In this document: in pieces, positions 52,019 to 61,843 of the stretch
How positions within the stretch are numbered: the first letter of the stretch is position 1
Layout of the letters: the number at the start of each line of letters is the position of its first letter
NCBI GenBank assembly: GCA_965204085.1
Contig: CBDBEE010000002.1
Location: 840,913-904,912, forward strand
Source: Candidatus Poribacteria bacterium
GTDB lineage: Bacteria; Poribacteria; WGA-4E; JAJDTR01
Direction of reading: 5' to 3'
DNA length: 64,000 nucleotides
Translations under genes and position numbers: made by a program
The notes under the pieces: generated by a model
Told to the model about the DNA's origin: nothing
The model's input: the letters and a program-made list of their open reading frames with translations, nothing else
Databases searched by the model: none

Positions 52019-52444
52019 TCACGCTTTCAGAATGTCTTGAGCAATTTTTACAGCAGTTGAAGCTCCCTTTGGGTTCCCCGCCGCAAAGCAGAGTAGGTAC
52101 AGTGGATTATTCCGGCTATTGTATAAACGCAGGGGATTCTCCGCAACTTCGGTAAAGATCGATCCTAGACGCCTGATGAAATAAGCCTCAATTGAGTCGA
52201 AATCTGCAACCTTTTGTTGCCCTGGAAGGTTCTCAAAAAGGGAGGGTGTTTCATCCTTCTCGTAGAACTCATCAACCCAATCCCCACTTCCAAAAAATTC
52301 GTTAAGGGTATTCTCTATAGCCCGATTAATCTGACCGTCTTTTCTTAGTAGTCTGTTTACTGCAATGCCGAGTGGAAAAAGTAACCACAAATCAATAGCT
52401 TGAGTATCTGCAATTGCTTCTATTGTTTTCCACTTAACCTCCAT
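52019..52444 (-). CDS. hypothetical protein, possible partner of the Gp37/Gp68-family gene (TcmP-like?)
   Basis: 141 aa, immediately upstream of the DUF5131 remnant on the same strand. The family assignment comes from memory of a known gene pairing, not from a motif. Confidence 0.3.
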   Translation of the reverse strand: MEVKWKTIEAIADTQAIDLWLLFPLGIAVNRLLRKDGQINRAIENTLNEFFGSGDWVDEFYEKDETPSLFENLPGQQKVADFDSIEAYFIRRLGSIFTEVAENPLRLYNSRNNPLYLLCFAAGNPKGASTAVKIAQDILKA

Positions 52445-52470
52445 TCCATATAGGCAATTGCCTCGTCCAT

Positions 52471-53067
52471 TTACTCCGCCATTTTCCGAATCTCAGGACT
52501 GGAAGACATCTGCCGTATCACATCGTCTCCAAGATTTCGGATGGCATCCTTCACAGAGTCGGCAAACGCCTTCCCCTTTGCGCTAAAAAGAACACCTTTA
52601 GCCGAAGCGTGTCCTTTGCCTAACGCCGTAACAGCGGCAATTTCTGTCATTTCGGGACTGTAACAGGTCAGTTTCGCAGTTAGAGAGTTGCTCGATTCGC
52701 TACTGTCTCCGATATAGACGAAGGTTCCTACCTCGTACCTAACCTGTGCAGTGACGACAAGGTTTAGCTGGCTATCGGCTATAGATTCTAATGTCGGGTA
52801 CGAATCTAACGCCTCAACGGAAGCGAAAACGCGCCGAGTCGCTCTGGTAAGGGTCGAAACAAGGTCTTTACCTATTCGCAAATCATACTTCTTTTCGTCA
52901 TCTTTGAGGATTTCGTATCTGGGCTCAAAGGAGGTTATTAGAGACAGGGTGTCTTCAGTGAAAAAAAGGCCGACCCTCAAATCCATGCGATCCGAGTTGT
53001 CGGAACACCCGATGACACCAATCGCAACAGTTATGAGTAAAATGCTGCGGCAATAATCAAACATCAT
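52471..53067 (-). CDS. lipoprotein, paralog 1 of a tandem triplicated family
   Basis: Lipobox IGCSDNSD. Conserved N-terminus MMFDYCRSILLI and C-terminus NLGDDVIRQMSSSPEIRKMAE. Confidence 0.7.
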   Translation of the reverse strand: MMFDYCRSILLITVAIGVIGCSDNSDRMDLRVGLFFTEDTLSLITSFEPRYEILKDDEKKYDLRIGKDLVSTLTRATRRVFASVEALDSYPTLESIADSQLNLVVTAQVRYEVGTFVYIGDSSESSNSLTAKLTCYSPEMTEIAAVTALGKGHASAKGVLFSAKGKAFADSVKDAIRNLGDDVIRQMSSSPEIRKMAE

Positions 53068-53238
53068 TCTTCATCGTCTTTCGAGTGTGAAAATTGAGAT
53101 TGGATACCGGAAAAATTCCCGATTCCACTATCTGAGAAAGACCAGCTTAAGAGTCTATTTGAAAATCCATTTCCAGTAGAACTATGAAACCGAGCCTCTC
53201 TATTGCCCTCATTTGACGACCTCCTTTTCTGGCTTGAA

Positions 53239-53835
53239 CTATGGAGTAATTGTCGCGTTAACTTTCTCCGCCATGTTCCGAATCTCAGGATTGGAAGACA
53301 TTTGCAGTGCCACGTCGTCTCCAAGATTGCGGATGGCAGACTTTGCTGATTTGACACGAGCTCTCCTCTCCGAGCTAAACACAATGCCCTGAGCCGAAGC
53401 GTTTCCTCGTCCAGACGCCTTAATCACTGCGATTTCTACCATTTCGGGATTGTAACAAATAAGTTCAACGCTTATGGTGCGGCTTGCTTCACTCTGATTC
53501 AGCAAACCATTTCCTTGATAGCTGCCGCTGCCACCCATAGACCCAAATTGCACAACGACAGCAAGTTTTAGCTTTCCATTGGCTATTGACTCTTGTGTCG
53601 GATCTGATTCTAACTCTTCAACAGACCTGAAGATGCTCTGAGTCGATCTAATAAGCGTTGATACAACGTCTTCGCCCAACTGTAAATCACCTTCACTATC
53701 CGCAAGCATCAGATTTCGCGTGTTTTCAGCGAAAAAAATGCCGACCTTCAAATCCATCCGATCCGAATTGTCGGCACACCCAACGACAACAAACGTAGTA
53801 GCAATGAGCAATACGCCACGGCAAAAATCAAACAC
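53239..53835 (-). CDS. lipoprotein, paralog 2 of a tandem triplicated family
   Basis: Lipobox VGCADNSD. Termini conserved and central about 100 aa divergent. Confidence 0.7.
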   Translation of the reverse strand: MFDFCRGVLLIATTFVVVGCADNSDRMDLKVGIFFAENTRNLMLADSEGDLQLGEDVVSTLIRSTQSIFRSVEELESDPTQESIANGKLKLAVVVQFGSMGGSGSYQGNGLLNQSEASRTISVELICYNPEMVEIAVIKASGRGNASAQGIVFSSERRARVKSAKSAIRNLGDDVALQMSSNPEIRNMAEKVNATITP

Positions 53836-54009
53836 AATTCTCCATCTCCTTTCAAGTTTGAAAATTGAGTTTGAGTATCGGAAAAATTCCTGATTCCACT
53901 ATCTGAGAAAGACCAGCTTAAGAACCTATTTGAAAATCCATTTCCAGTAGAACTATGAAGCCCAGCCGCTCTATTACCTTCATTTGACGACCTCTTTTTC
54001 TTGCTTGAA

Positions 54010-54633
54010 CTACGGAGTAATTGTCGCGTTAACTTTCTCAGCCATGTTCCGAATCTCAGGATTGGAAGACATTTGTAGTGCCACGTCGTCTCCAAGATTG
54101 CGAATAGCAACCTTCACTGCACCGACAAAAGCTCTCCTTCTTGAGTCAAACAGAATGCCTTTCGCCGTAGCATTCCCTTCCCCTGACACAGTAACCGCGG
54201 CGACTTCTATCATTTCAAGATTGAAACAAGTCAGTTCAGCGGTCAGGGCCCTGCTTGCTTCGCTACTATTCTGGATACTGTTTCCCTCATAGCCGAGGGA
54301 GCCTCCAGCCGGTCTAACCTGTACAACAACGACAACATTTAGCCGTCTGTCGGCTATAGACTCCTTTGTCGGATAAGAGTCTAACACCTCGACAAAAGCG
54401 AAAACGCGTCGAGCCGCTTTGGAAAACGTCGATACAATGTCTTTATCTACCCGCAAGTCGTCTTTTGCATCAAAGACGGGATAGTGATGGGGTTCAAAGG
54501 ACATTGTTAGACGCTGCGTGTCTTCCGTGAAAAAAATGCCGACCTTCAAATCCATGCGATCCGAATTGTCGGCACACCCGATGAGGACAGTCGCAACGAT
54601 AATGAGCAGATTACCACGGCAAAAATCAAACAC
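54010..54633 (-). CDS. lipoprotein, paralog 3 of a tandem triplicated family
   Basis: Lipobox IGCADNSD. Termini conserved and central region divergent. Confidence 0.7.
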   Translation of the reverse strand: MFDFCRGNLLIIVATVLIGCADNSDRMDLKVGIFFTEDTQRLTMSFEPHHYPVFDAKDDLRVDKDIVSTFSKAARRVFAFVEVLDSYPTKESIADRRLNVVVVVQVRPAGGSLGYEGNSIQNSSEASRALTAELTCFNLEMIEVAAVTVSGEGNATAKGILFDSRRRAFVGAVKVAIRNLGDDVALQMSSNPEIRNMAEKVNATITP

Positions 54634-54702
54634 AATCCCACATCTCCCTTCGGGGTCGAAAATTGAGTTTGAGTTCTACAACCGGAATCTTACCGTTCGC
54701 GG

Positions 54703-55257
54703 TTACGCTTTCCGAGAACGTAAGAGAATACCATCCAAATGCAAATGCGTCGCATACCCAATTAAACTCGCCGTGTAGAACGGGAGTCCGGACAGAACAA
54801 GTTCCAAATGATCGGCTGACTTCAAGCTGTCGAAATTAATCGGAGTGCCGTCGAAATAAAATGGTAGCGCGAAGAATACGGCAGGCAAGAGCAGCATCGT
54901 CACTCGCGAATGCGTCCAGCCGCGGTGTTTGCCCAAGAGCGGTAGCATGGCAAAAATCCCCAAGACCGCCGATTGGAGGTACTGCTTTCGAGCAATCAGT
55001 ATGACGCTAAATATAAGGAAAATTCGATAAAAGATCTGCTGACTCCGGCTCTTGATGTCCACGTCGGGCCAAAGTCCCGAGAGCACCGCAACCACAAAAC
55101 ACGCTCCAATGCTCCACGGATCTCCGGGAATGGTGGGATTTCGCTCAAGCGGTACATGCATCGTAAACTGCCCGAAAAGCGAAGCGCCCAACGAAAGTAC
55201 GAAAAACAGCGTGTACGCAACCAAACCGCCGATGTAGTGCTCGCGGAACATGCTCAT
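54703..55257 (-). CDS. membrane-bound metal-dependent hydrolase, YdjM/DUF457-like
   Basis: Polytopic membrane protein with the HRGWTHS motif. Confidence 0.5.
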   Translation of the reverse strand: MSMFREHYIGGLVAYTLFFVLSLGASLFGQFTMHVPLERNPTIPGDPWSIGACFVVAVLSGLWPDVDIKSRSQQIFYRIFLIFSVILIARKQYLQSAVLGIFAMLPLLGKHRGWTHSRVTMLLLPAVFFALPFYFDGTPINFDSLKSADHLELVLSGLPFYTASLIGYATHLHLDGILLRSRKA

Positions 55258-55266
55258 AATCGCGTC

Positions 55267-55620
55267 CTAACCATCGGTAGTATCTCCCGGGAAGAGTTTT
55301 GTGTTCTCCCTATGTCGAATCTTGTCCCGCGTGGTTTTCTTGTCAATCGATTTACGGAACGCCTCTTCCAAATCCACCCCCGTTTGATTCGCCAAACAGA
55401 CGAGCACGAACAGCACATCCGCCATCTCCTCATCCAAGTTAACCGACTTGTCAGACTCTTTGTAGCTCTGATCGCCGTACTCACGTGCCATGACTCGCGC
55501 CAACTCGCCTACCTCCTCCATCAAGATGGCAACATTCGTCAACTCGGAGAAATATCTGATGCCGACAGTTTGGATCCATTCATCTACTAATTCTTGGCAA
55601 TTCTTGAGTGTATACTCCAT
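55267..55620 (-). CDS. MazG-like nucleotide pyrophosphohydrolase (small all-alpha NTP-PPase)
   Basis: EEVGELARV...EEMADVLFVLVCLAN pattern. The start is taken at MEYTLKN. Confidence 0.7.
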   Translation of the reverse strand: MEYTLKNCQELVDEWIQTVGIRYFSELTNVAILMEEVGELARVMAREYGDQSYKESDKSVNLDEEMADVLFVLVCLANQTGVDLEEAFRKSIDKKTTRDKIRHRENTKLFPGDTTDG

Positions 55621-55704
55621 TCCATCCTCTATGAAACTAGAATCGTAAAATCCGCTCTCTATAAACACTCCTCCCCTAGCGAATCATATCACCGAGTCCC
55701 TAGC

Positions 55705-55730
55705 CTGTCAAAGGTTTTCCGACTTGACAG
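55705..55730. promoter_or_regulatory. palindrome CTGTCAA-N12-TTGACAG forming overlapping divergent -35 elements
   Basis: It lies in the 128-nt divergent region between the MazG-like gene (minus strand) and mazG (plus strand). Candidate -10 elements are TAAACT at 55747-55752 (plus strand) and TATGAT at 55683-55688 (minus strand). Confidence 0.4.
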
Positions 55731-55795
55731 ACACTGGTGGCAGTAGTAAACTAACCCCGCAATTCTCAACACTCAATTCATAAGGATAGTTCATT

Positions 55796-56578
55796 ATGCA
55801 CAAGGAACTCTTCAATCAACTGGTGCAAATCTTTGCCACGCTGCGAAGTGAAAACGGATGTGCCTGGGACCGTGAACAGACTCACGAATCAATAAAGCCC
55901 GACCTCATCGAAGAAGCCTACGAAGTTATTGAAGCCATTGACGCCGGAGATTCAACGAAACTCCGAGAAGAGCTAGGCGACCTCCTCGGCAATATCATGC
56001 TGCACGCACAAATCGCAAGCGATGAAGGAGAGTTTGACATCAACGACATCATCAAGATACTTACGGAAAAACTCATCCGCCGCCACCCCCATGTTTTCGG
56101 CGACCAAATTGCAGACGACGCGGGTCAGGTCCTCAGGAACTGGGAACAAATTAAACGAAGCGAGTCGGGCTACGAAGATCGTGAATCCGTCCTTGACGGC
56201 GTTCCAGACCACCTGCCGAGCCTGCAGCGCGCACAAAAACTTCAGCGCAAAGCCGCCCGTGTGGGATTTGACTGGAATGAGGTTTCAGATGTGCTCCCGA
56301 AAATCGATGAAGAAATTGCCGAATTGAAGGCGAGCATCCAAGAGAATGACCGCGAAGAAATTGAGTTGGAGATTGGCGATCTACTGTTTTCGATTGTCAA
56401 TCTGTGTCGATTTCTGGATGTGCGTTCGGAGGAGGCGCTCCGTAAGGCAAATCGTAAATTTGTCCGTCGATTCAAGGCGATGGAGAAGGAATTGGAACGT
56501 CGCGGCGATTCATTCAAAGATTACGATTTGGCAGGCCTCGACGAAATTTGGAAGAGGGCGAAGGAGAGTGAGGCGTAG
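55796..56578 (+). CDS. mazG: nucleoside triphosphate pyrophosphohydrolase MazG (tandem MazG domains)
   Basis: Two EExGDLLxxxxxL MazG motifs. 260 aa. Confidence 0.85.
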   Translation: MHKELFNQLVQIFATLRSENGCAWDREQTHESIKPDLIEEAYEVIEAIDAGDSTKLREELGDLLGNIMLHAQIASDEGEFDINDIIKILTEKLIRRHPHVFGDQIADDAGQVLRNWEQIKRSESGYEDRESVLDGVPDHLPSLQRAQKLQRKAARVGFDWNEVSDVLPKIDEEIAELKASIQENDREEIELEIGDLLFSIVNLCRFLDVRSEEALRKANRKFVRRFKAMEKELERRGDSFKDYDLAGLDEIWKRAKESEA

Positions 56579-56637
56579 TCTGGTCAATTGGTTTGCCGAA
56601 TTGACTCAAGTTAACGACTTGACTCGAAAAGGGCACA

Positions 56638-56731
56638 GAAACCGAGTTTTTTCGTCGCGGACACACAAGTTCGACAAAAATCTACCATATTCTATCATAA
56701 TTCGGCACGGGTGAACCAAAAACTCGGTTTC
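56638..56731. repeat. long hairpin with gaaaccgagtttttt / ccaaaaactcggtttc arms and a variable loop, copy 3
   Basis: Seen in the sequence between mazG and the methyltransferase gene. Confidence 0.6.
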
Positions 56732-56787
56732 TCTGTTACTGGTAACAGCTTGAAGAAAGTATTTAACCATATTATCGGAAGCCAAGC

Positions 56788-57750
56788 ATGTTGAACCGAT
56801 TCCTAGATCGGATTATCGTGGGCGATTGCCTCGAAGTCCTTCGCCAGATTCCGGATGACAGTGTTGATGCCTGCTTTGCGGACCCTCCATTTAACCTCAA
56901 GAAAAAGTACACCTCGTACGATGATAAAAAGGCGCTCGAAGGCTATCTTTCGTGGTGCGAAAAATGGCTGTCGGAGTTGGTGCGAGTCACGAAACCGGAT
57001 GGCTCAATCTTTGTCCACAACATTCCGAAATGGCTGACCTATTTTGCCGACCATCTGAACCAGATTGCCGTTTTCCGCCACTGGATTAGCTGGGATTCAA
57101 TGAGCGTGCCGCTTGGCAAGACGCTGCTCCCTGCCCATTACGGCATTCTCTATTATACAAAACGAGCGAAAGGCTTCAAATTCTACGACGTGCGTATTCC
57201 GCACAAAAAATGCCGGCTTTGTGATGGATATCTCAAAGATTATGGCGGGAAAAAGGCGCAGATGCATCCGTTCGGCACGTTGGCAAGCGATGTTTGGACT
57301 GACATCCATCGCATTCGTCACAATAAACGTAGAGATGAACACCCATGTCAACTGCCGGTTCACCTTCTGGAGCGAATCATCCTGATGAGTAGCGATCCGG
57401 GGGATGTTATCCTAGACCCCTTTATTGGCACCGGAACAACCGCAGTTGCAGCAAAACGGTTGGGACGCCATTACATCGGAATTGACATTGACGAGAAATA
57501 CGCAAAGATTGCCAGCGAGAACATTGCAAAAGAAGAGCCTTCGGTTGTTGACGGCAAATACGTATCAATTTTTCTGGAGCGAATCATGTCGATTCGCGAG
57601 GTTGATTGTGCGGAGTTATTCGAGGAACATCAAGAGGATGCGCCCATAGTTCCAGTACCGTCAAACGCCGCCCAGTTGAGACTTTATCAAACCGCCGTCC
57701 AGTATGATGAATCCGGTGGCGAGGAGGAAGAGGTTGCGGTCAATTCATAA
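56788..57750 (+). CDS. DNA methyltransferase (N6-adenine/N4-cytosine, beta class), apparently orphan
   Basis: Motif IV DPPF (CFADPPFN) near the N-terminus and motif I FIGTGTTAVAA near the C-terminus. A Cys/His-containing insert is present (HKKCRLCDGY...HPCQ). No restriction endonuclease gene is nearby. Confidence 0.85.
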   Translation: MLNRFLDRIIVGDCLEVLRQIPDDSVDACFADPPFNLKKKYTSYDDKKALEGYLSWCEKWLSELVRVTKPDGSIFVHNIPKWLTYFADHLNQIAVFRHWISWDSMSVPLGKTLLPAHYGILYYTKRAKGFKFYDVRIPHKKCRLCDGYLKDYGGKKAQMHPFGTLASDVWTDIHRIRHNKRRDEHPCQLPVHLLERIILMSSDPGDVILDPFIGTGTTAVAAKRLGRHYIGIDIDEKYAKIASENIAKEEPSVVDGKYVSIFLERIMSIREVDCAELFEEHQEDAPIVPVPSNAAQLRLYQTAVQYDESGGEEEEVAVNS

Positions 57751-58369
57751 CAATTCCGAATGCGCATCACGACGACCGGTCTATCAACGCAGAATCCTTC
57801 GGGGGTGGTTAGCTCTCGTTATTATCGTACTATCAACCCCGTTGGAAGCAACCTCCGAAAACCTCCTCTCGCGTTCGGATCGAGAGATTTTCGATGCTAT
57901 CTACGATGCCCCGCCGCAACGTCAACCCCTCGGCACTGCCATGGAAGTGGTTACTGAATTCGGAGACCCCAAGACGATGATGGGGCTTTCGATTCTTCTC
58001 ATGGCCTACGGCGACGACAAACCGCGAGACACCGGTAGGTTACTGTCCTCGACATTTATTGCGGGCGGCCTGGTAGTGCTCGGAATAAAGCAGTCAGTCC
58101 GCCGGAAAAGACCACTGGAAGATGAACTTGGCGACCCGTCCTTCCCATCTGGGCACTCCTCAATTGCTTTTTCTATGGCAACGATTCTTGGGCACCAATA
58201 TCCAAGATGGCGGATTCCGCTTTATGTTGGCGCCGGTTTGGTCGGGCTGTCTCGAATCTACTTGGGCAGGCACTACGCCTCCGACGTGTTAATGGGTGCC
58301 GCCGTTGGAACAATCTCGGGAACAATTGTCTGGCGCAACCGAATGACACTGCTCAGTTGGGAATTTTAG
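57704..58369 (+). CDS. PAP2-family phosphatase
   Basis: PAP2 motifs [14 protein letters not shown] and [12 protein letters not shown]. The start is uncertain because it overlaps the methyltransferase gene's 3' end. Confidence 0.75.
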   Translation: MMNPVARRKRLRSIHNNSECASRRPVYQRRILRGWLALVIIVLSTPLEATSENLLSRSDREIFDAIYDAPPQRQPLGTAMEVVTEFGDPKTMMGLSILLMAYGDDKPRDTGRLLSSTFIAGGLVVLGIKQSVRRKRPLEDELGDPSFPSGHSSIAFSMATILGHQYPRWRIPLYVGAGLVGLSRIYLGRHYASDVLMGAAVGTISGTIVWRNRMTLLSWEF

Positions 58370-58403
58370 ATTAGAATTAATTCTGCGAAAGGGACGCCTC
58401 CTT

Positions 58404-59846
58404 GTGAATACCCCTAACTCCAATATTCGACCGGAGCCAGACCGACTACTGGTTGACATTGCGGAATATGCGGCAAATAGCGCAATTGAAAGCGATCTCG
58501 CGTATGAAACGGCTCGACATTGCTTGATGGACACCCTCGGATGCGGTGTGCTCGCCCTCGTTTACCCCGAATGTACGAAGCACCTTGGACCGGTTGCGCC
58601 GGGCACCATTGTCCCCAACGGCGCTCGCGTGCCCGGAACCCAGTACGTGTTGGACCCGGTTCAAGCCGCGTTCAATATTGGGTGCATGATTCGCTGGCTG
58701 GACTACAACGATACGTGGCTCGCGGCAGAATGGGGACACCCGTCCGATAACCTCGGAGGAATCCTCGCGGTGGCGGATTATTTGAGTCTCAGAAACGTTG
58801 CTATTGGACACTCTCCGTTTGTGATGCGCGATGTATTGACCGCCATGATCAAAGCGCACGAAATTCAAGGTGTGCTCGCGTTGGAAAACAGTCTCAACCG
58901 AGTTGGACTGGACCATGTTCACTTTGTGAAAGTCGCTTCAACAGCCGTTATAACCAAAATGCTAGGCGGCAGTGTTGATGAAATCGTCAACGCACTTTCC
59001 AACGCATTCGCTGACGGCGGCAGTTTGCGGGTCTATCGACACGCTCCGAATACCGGAACGCGAAAATCATGGGCGGCAGGCGATGCGACAAGCCGCGCTG
59101 TAAGGTTGGGGTTAATGTCAATCAAGGGAGAAATGGGATATCCTTCAGCCCTTTCAGCGGATACCTGGGGATTCGAGGACGTGCTTTTCAAAGGAAATAC
59201 TCTTGTCTGCAAGCAACCTTACGCCTCATACGTAATGGAGAACGTGCTTTTCAAGATCTCATTTCCTGCCGAATTCCATGCTCAGACAGCCGTTGAATGC
59301 GCTTTCAAGCTACATGAGCAAGTTGGCAATCGTCTGGATGAAGTCGAAAAAATCACGATTACGACACATGAATCGGCAATTCGCATTATTGATAAAACCG
59401 GTCCGCTGCATAACCCGGCGGATCGAGATCACTGTATTCAATACATGGTGGCGATAGGATTGATATTCGGGGAATTAACGGCGGAACACTATGAGGATGA
59501 CGTGGCGGCAGATCCGCGTATTGACGCACTGAGAGAGAAGATGGTTACCGTCGAAGATCCGCGGTACAGTCAAGACTATCTTGACCCCGATAAACGATCC
59601 ATTGCCAACGCGCTTCAGGTTCATTTCACAGATGGATCCGCTAGCGAGCAAATTGCTGTGGAGTATCCGATCGGTCACCGCCGACGCCGCGCCGAAGGAG
59701 TACCGCTGCTCGAAGAAAAGTTCGCCAAGAATCTGACATCTCGATTTCCGGTAAGACAGGTAAAAGCGATTATAGAACTTTGTAACGACCAAAAACTGCT
59801 GGAAGCAACCCCTGTCAATGAATTTATGGAGATGTTGGTCATCTAA
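58404..59846 (+). CDS. MmgE/PrpD family protein (2-methylcitrate dehydratase-like)
   Basis: 480 aa with PrpD-family conservation across the length. Confidence 0.8.
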   Translation: MNTPNSNIRPEPDRLLVDIAEYAANSAIESDLAYETARHCLMDTLGCGVLALVYPECTKHLGPVAPGTIVPNGARVPGTQYVLDPVQAAFNIGCMIRWLDYNDTWLAAEWGHPSDNLGGILAVADYLSLRNVAIGHSPFVMRDVLTAMIKAHEIQGVLALENSLNRVGLDHVHFVKVASTAVITKMLGGSVDEIVNALSNAFADGGSLRVYRHAPNTGTRKSWAAGDATSRAVRLGLMSIKGEMGYPSALSADTWGFEDVLFKGNTLVCKQPYASYVMENVLFKISFPAEFHAQTAVECAFKLHEQVGNRLDEVEKITITTHESAIRIIDKTGPLHNPADRDHCIQYMVAIGLIFGELTAEHYEDDVAADPRIDALREKMVTVEDPRYSQDYLDPDKRSIANALQVHFTDGSASEQIAVEYPIGHRRRRAEGVPLLEEKFAKNLTSRFPVRQVKAIIELCNDQKLLEATPVNEFMEMLVI

Positions 59847-59851
59847 TCCAC

Positions 59852-60658
59852 TTGAAGGAGATAATATCCATGGAAAACTTTGAACTCCAGTCGGGCCACA
59901 CGATGCCCGCTTTGGGATTGGGCACGTGGGAACTGCGTAACGGACAATGCAAAACCGTGGTCAAACAAGCCGTTGATATGGGATACACTCATATTGACAC
60001 GGCATGGATGTACGCGAATCAGCGCGAGATTGGTGAAGCTCTTCAAGAGATTGGGGCAGAACGGGATGAGCTGTTCATAACTTCAAAGATTTGGCATACG
60101 CACATGGAACACGACAGCGTGCTTTCCCAATTCGATGAATGCTTAGATCAACTCCGGATGGATTACGTAGACCTTTTACTCATCCACACACCAAACCATA
60201 ATGTGCCATTTGAAGAAACACTCGGCGCCTTCAATGAGATTTTTGGTGCGGGCAAAGCCAAGAGTATCGGAATCAGCAACTTCAATAGTGACGAAGTGGA
60301 TGAAGCGCGGAGCGTCTCTACGGTGCCTATCAGCGCAAACCAAGTGGAATATAACGTTCACCACAACCGAGAGGAACTGTTGCAACACTGCACGAAATAC
60401 CGCATTCATGTCACCGCACATCGCCCCTTGGCGAAAGGAGAAATCGGAAACGAACGCCTTCTGAACGAAATCGCAAAGGGACACGGCAAGACAGCGGCTC
60501 AAGTCGCCATGCGGTGGCTGTTGCAGAAGGGAATCAGCGTCATACCCAAGTCCGGTTCCAAGGAACACTTGGAAGAAAATCTAGACCTGTTCGATTGGGA
60601 CCTTAGTGATGCGGAGATGAAACAAATCGATAATCTTAGTGATCAAACGAGTGGATAA
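59852..60658 (+). CDS. aldo/keto reductase
   Basis: AKR N-terminus LGLGTWE, catalytic tetrad context (D, Y, K, H), and the motif IGISNF. Confidence 0.9.
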   Translation: MKEIISMENFELQSGHTMPALGLGTWELRNGQCKTVVKQAVDMGYTHIDTAWMYANQREIGEALQEIGAERDELFITSKIWHTHMEHDSVLSQFDECLDQLRMDYVDLLLIHTPNHNVPFEETLGAFNEIFGAGKAKSIGISNFNSDEVDEARSVSTVPISANQVEYNVHHNREELLQHCTKYRIHVTAHRPLAKGEIGNERLLNEIAKGHGKTAAQVAMRWLLQKGISVIPKSGSKEHLEENLDLFDWDLSDAEMKQIDNLSDQTSG

Positions 60659-60793
60659 CGAGTGCGATAGGAAATTCCGCGCGATAGAGCTCCCATAGAG
60701 ATCCCACAGGTAGGTAGCAGCCGAGAATGAAACATGGAATAAATTTCTACAAATGAACAAAAATGGCTGTGCCACCGATTATTCAAACAGGCT

Positions 60794-61843
60794 CTAAGCC
60801 CCGCAAAACTCCGCAAGCGTACCTTCCAATTTCGTCCCCGCAGGCACATACGCAAGAATCAACCCATCAATGACCTTGTTCGGATCCGGCACCACCCCTG
60901 TACACCGCTCAGCCGTCACTCCTTTGGAAAGCAGCAGATAGAACGTATCGCGCTTTAGCCCCTGCGTTGTGTAGAAATTCCCCTGCCCTTTTGAGATAAC
61001 GAGATCGGCATCGAGCAACAGGTTTACAAACGAGGGCGTCGCCTGATAAAGATTCGTCCCTGTGGTCTTGGAGCCGGAAGAACACAACGAAACATCACCG
61101 CCGTTGACCGCACTCCGAAGATCTCGAAACTGCGGCAGATTGATTATATCCTCTAAATCTGTCAGAGTTGCGTCATTGCTCGCCGGAGTTGCTTTGCCGA
61201 CAATCGTTATCTGGTGACCAACATCAAGAAGCATTTGAATCAACCACAGGTCAAACACCGCTTCTCCATCGTTGTCAATCAGCCAAACTAAGCGTTTGGG
61301 ACTGCCTTCAATCACGGCTGACTGAAACTGTTCAACACAGTCAATAGCAAGCGGAGCATGAACGGATTCCAGCAAAACTCGGCTGAAGTAATCAGGCTGT
61401 TCCGCGAGTTTGGCAACGACCTTTGCGCTGCTATAGTCTATGATATTCGCTGCAATAATGAGTTTCAAGCGTTCCGTCCAACCACAATCGGGACTCTGGT
61501 CGAGCAAGTTTAGCGCAGTCTGTCTAGCTTTCAGTTTATCTTTTCGGTACGGGTCCGGATTGCCGGTAACGAGTGACACAACTTCAAAAATGACTCCCCA
61601 TATCTCTTCCGGTGTTAATTCATCTGTGACATGTGTGCCATCCCCTGTCCGCATTTCCAGCAGGTCGTCGACTGCCTTTGAAGCCACGCGCTCTAGAATG
61701 GGATTGCTAGTTGCGCGGTTGATGAGTTCCGCTATAGAATGCCGTCGGACGTGCTGGTGCAGGTTTTCCCAATCCGGCTTGTCACGCATCTCACCGAACG
61801 TGTAGAATCCCTGGACAATACCCTGACAGCACGAGTTGATCAA
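60794..61843 (-). CDS. DUF89 (ARMT1-like damage-control phosphatase) family protein
   Basis: Motifs WLIDNDGEAVFDLWL and ISKGQGNFYT match the DUF89 signatures. Confidence 0.55.
   Translation of the reverse strand: MINSCCQGIVQGFYTFGEMRDKPDWENLHQHVRRHSIAELINRATSNPILERVASKAVDDLLEMRTGDGTHVTDELTPEEIWGVIFEVVSLVTGNPDPYRKDKLKARQTALNLLDQSPDCGWTERLKLIIAANIIDYSSAKVVAKLAEQPDYFSRVLLESVHAPLAIDCVEQFQSAVIEGSPKRLVWLIDNDGEAVFDLWLIQMLLDVGHQITIVGKATPASNDATLTDLEDIINLPQFRDLRSAVNGGDVSLCSSGSKTTGTNLYQATPSFVNLLLDADLVISKGQGNFYTTQGLKRDTFYLLLSKGVTAERCTGVVPDPNKVIDGLILAYVPAGTKLEGTLAEFCGA

Noticed and set aside
53064-54110. ORFs 53064-53384 and 53748-54110 overlapping the lipoprotein paralogs
   Set aside because: They are out-of-frame by-products of the tandem repeat. 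Both span the conserved intergenic spacer and have no independent signals.
55705-55730. LexA (SOS) box upstream of the YdjM-like operon
   Set aside because: The palindrome is CTGT-N18-ACAG, not the CTGT-N8-ACAG spacing of the proteobacterial LexA box, and it matches no other known LexA motif. It is kept only as a generic candidate operator.
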